A stretch of 64,000 bases of DNA from an uncultured bacterium. Its GTDB lineage: Bacteria; Patescibacteriota; Gracilibacteria; BD1-5; UBA6164. A program made the position numbers and the translations under genes. Positions 63,561 through 64,000 of the stretch are shown piece after piece. The stretch covers positions 1,947 to 65,946 of the forward strand of contig CAWUJK010000003.1 of assembly GCA_963922865.1 (NCBI GenBank), given 5' to 3'. The notes under the pieces were generated by a model that saw nothing but the letters and a program-made list of their open reading frames with translations, made no database searches and had not been told where the DNA came from. How positions within the stretch are numbered: position 1 is the first letter of the stretch; every line of letters starts with the position of its first letter.

Positions 63561-64000
63561 ATGAAAAACCTAGTAATAATTTGAGGAAGTGATGGTTTTG
63601 GTAGCTGGCTTGCTTGGTATATCAAAAAAAATTTTAAAGACAATATAAACCTAACCATCACCTGAAGAAATCAAAGCAAACTTGAAAAAACCTCAAAAAA
63701 AATTTGATGTAATTTTTCAACCAACAATACAGAAACTATAAAAAAATCAGATATAACTGTATTTTGTGTACCCGTATCAAAAACAGAAGAAATCATAGAA
63801 AAATATGCACCACAACTTAAAAAATGAAGCGTAGTTTTGGATGTAACATCTATAAAAAAATGACCCTCACTAGCATTAAAAAAATTTTCACCCAAATGAG
63901 TGCTTATTATCCCAACCCACCCTATGTTTTGACCATTTGTATCAACAATATCATGACAAATAATAGTTTTAACAGCTGAAAAAGAAACACAAAAAGACCC
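63561..64000 (+). CDS. tyrA: prephenate dehydrogenase (TyrA family), 3' end outside the window
   Basis: The motifs are MKNLVIIGGSDGFGSW (Rossmann), VPVS and THPMFGP. Confidence 0.7.

Overview
This is a very AT-rich bacterial window that is only coherent under genetic code 25, where UGA encodes Gly. Every CDS I call ends in TAA or TAG, and in-frame TGA repeatedly falls on invariant glycines. This points to a Gracilibacteria/Absconditabacteria-type CPR genome. The supplied standard-code ORF track is therefore fragmented and partly antisense. I retranslated by hand and got about 65 tightly packed genes. I could not run any searches, so family names rest on motifs I recognise in the translations.

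The flanks (1-23 kb and 56.8-64 kb) hold housekeeping and accessory genes:
- Envelope, membrane and repair: an M23 peptidase, a desaturase, MscS, recF, gatC, a photolyase, mltG and lipoproteins.
- Translation and regulation: tRNA-Cys, lexA, a T-box leader with aspS, lysS and tyrA.
- Other: Fic, corA, der and a DUF2130 protein.

The centre (23.1-54.3 kb, with accessory genes to 56.8 kb) is a giant peptide-maturation island. It is seeded by a His-Xaa-Ser (Hxs) system: hxsD, hxsB, two tandem HxS-repeat precursors and an hxsC-like gene. It is expanded to 17 radical-SAM genes. It also carries two carbamoyltransferase paralogs, a small kinase, a Rossmann oxidoreductase, a PEP-utilising-type ATP-grasp protein, an HExxH protein and an A24-like peptidase.

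Other notable points:
- An AbiEi/AbiEii cassette sits between two perfect 179-bp copies of the der/mltG convergent junction.
- A 2H-phosphoesterase gene is frameshifted.
- About 110-nt hairpin elements in inverted orientation bracket a 2.7-kb cassette, followed by three roughly 98-bp tandem repeats.
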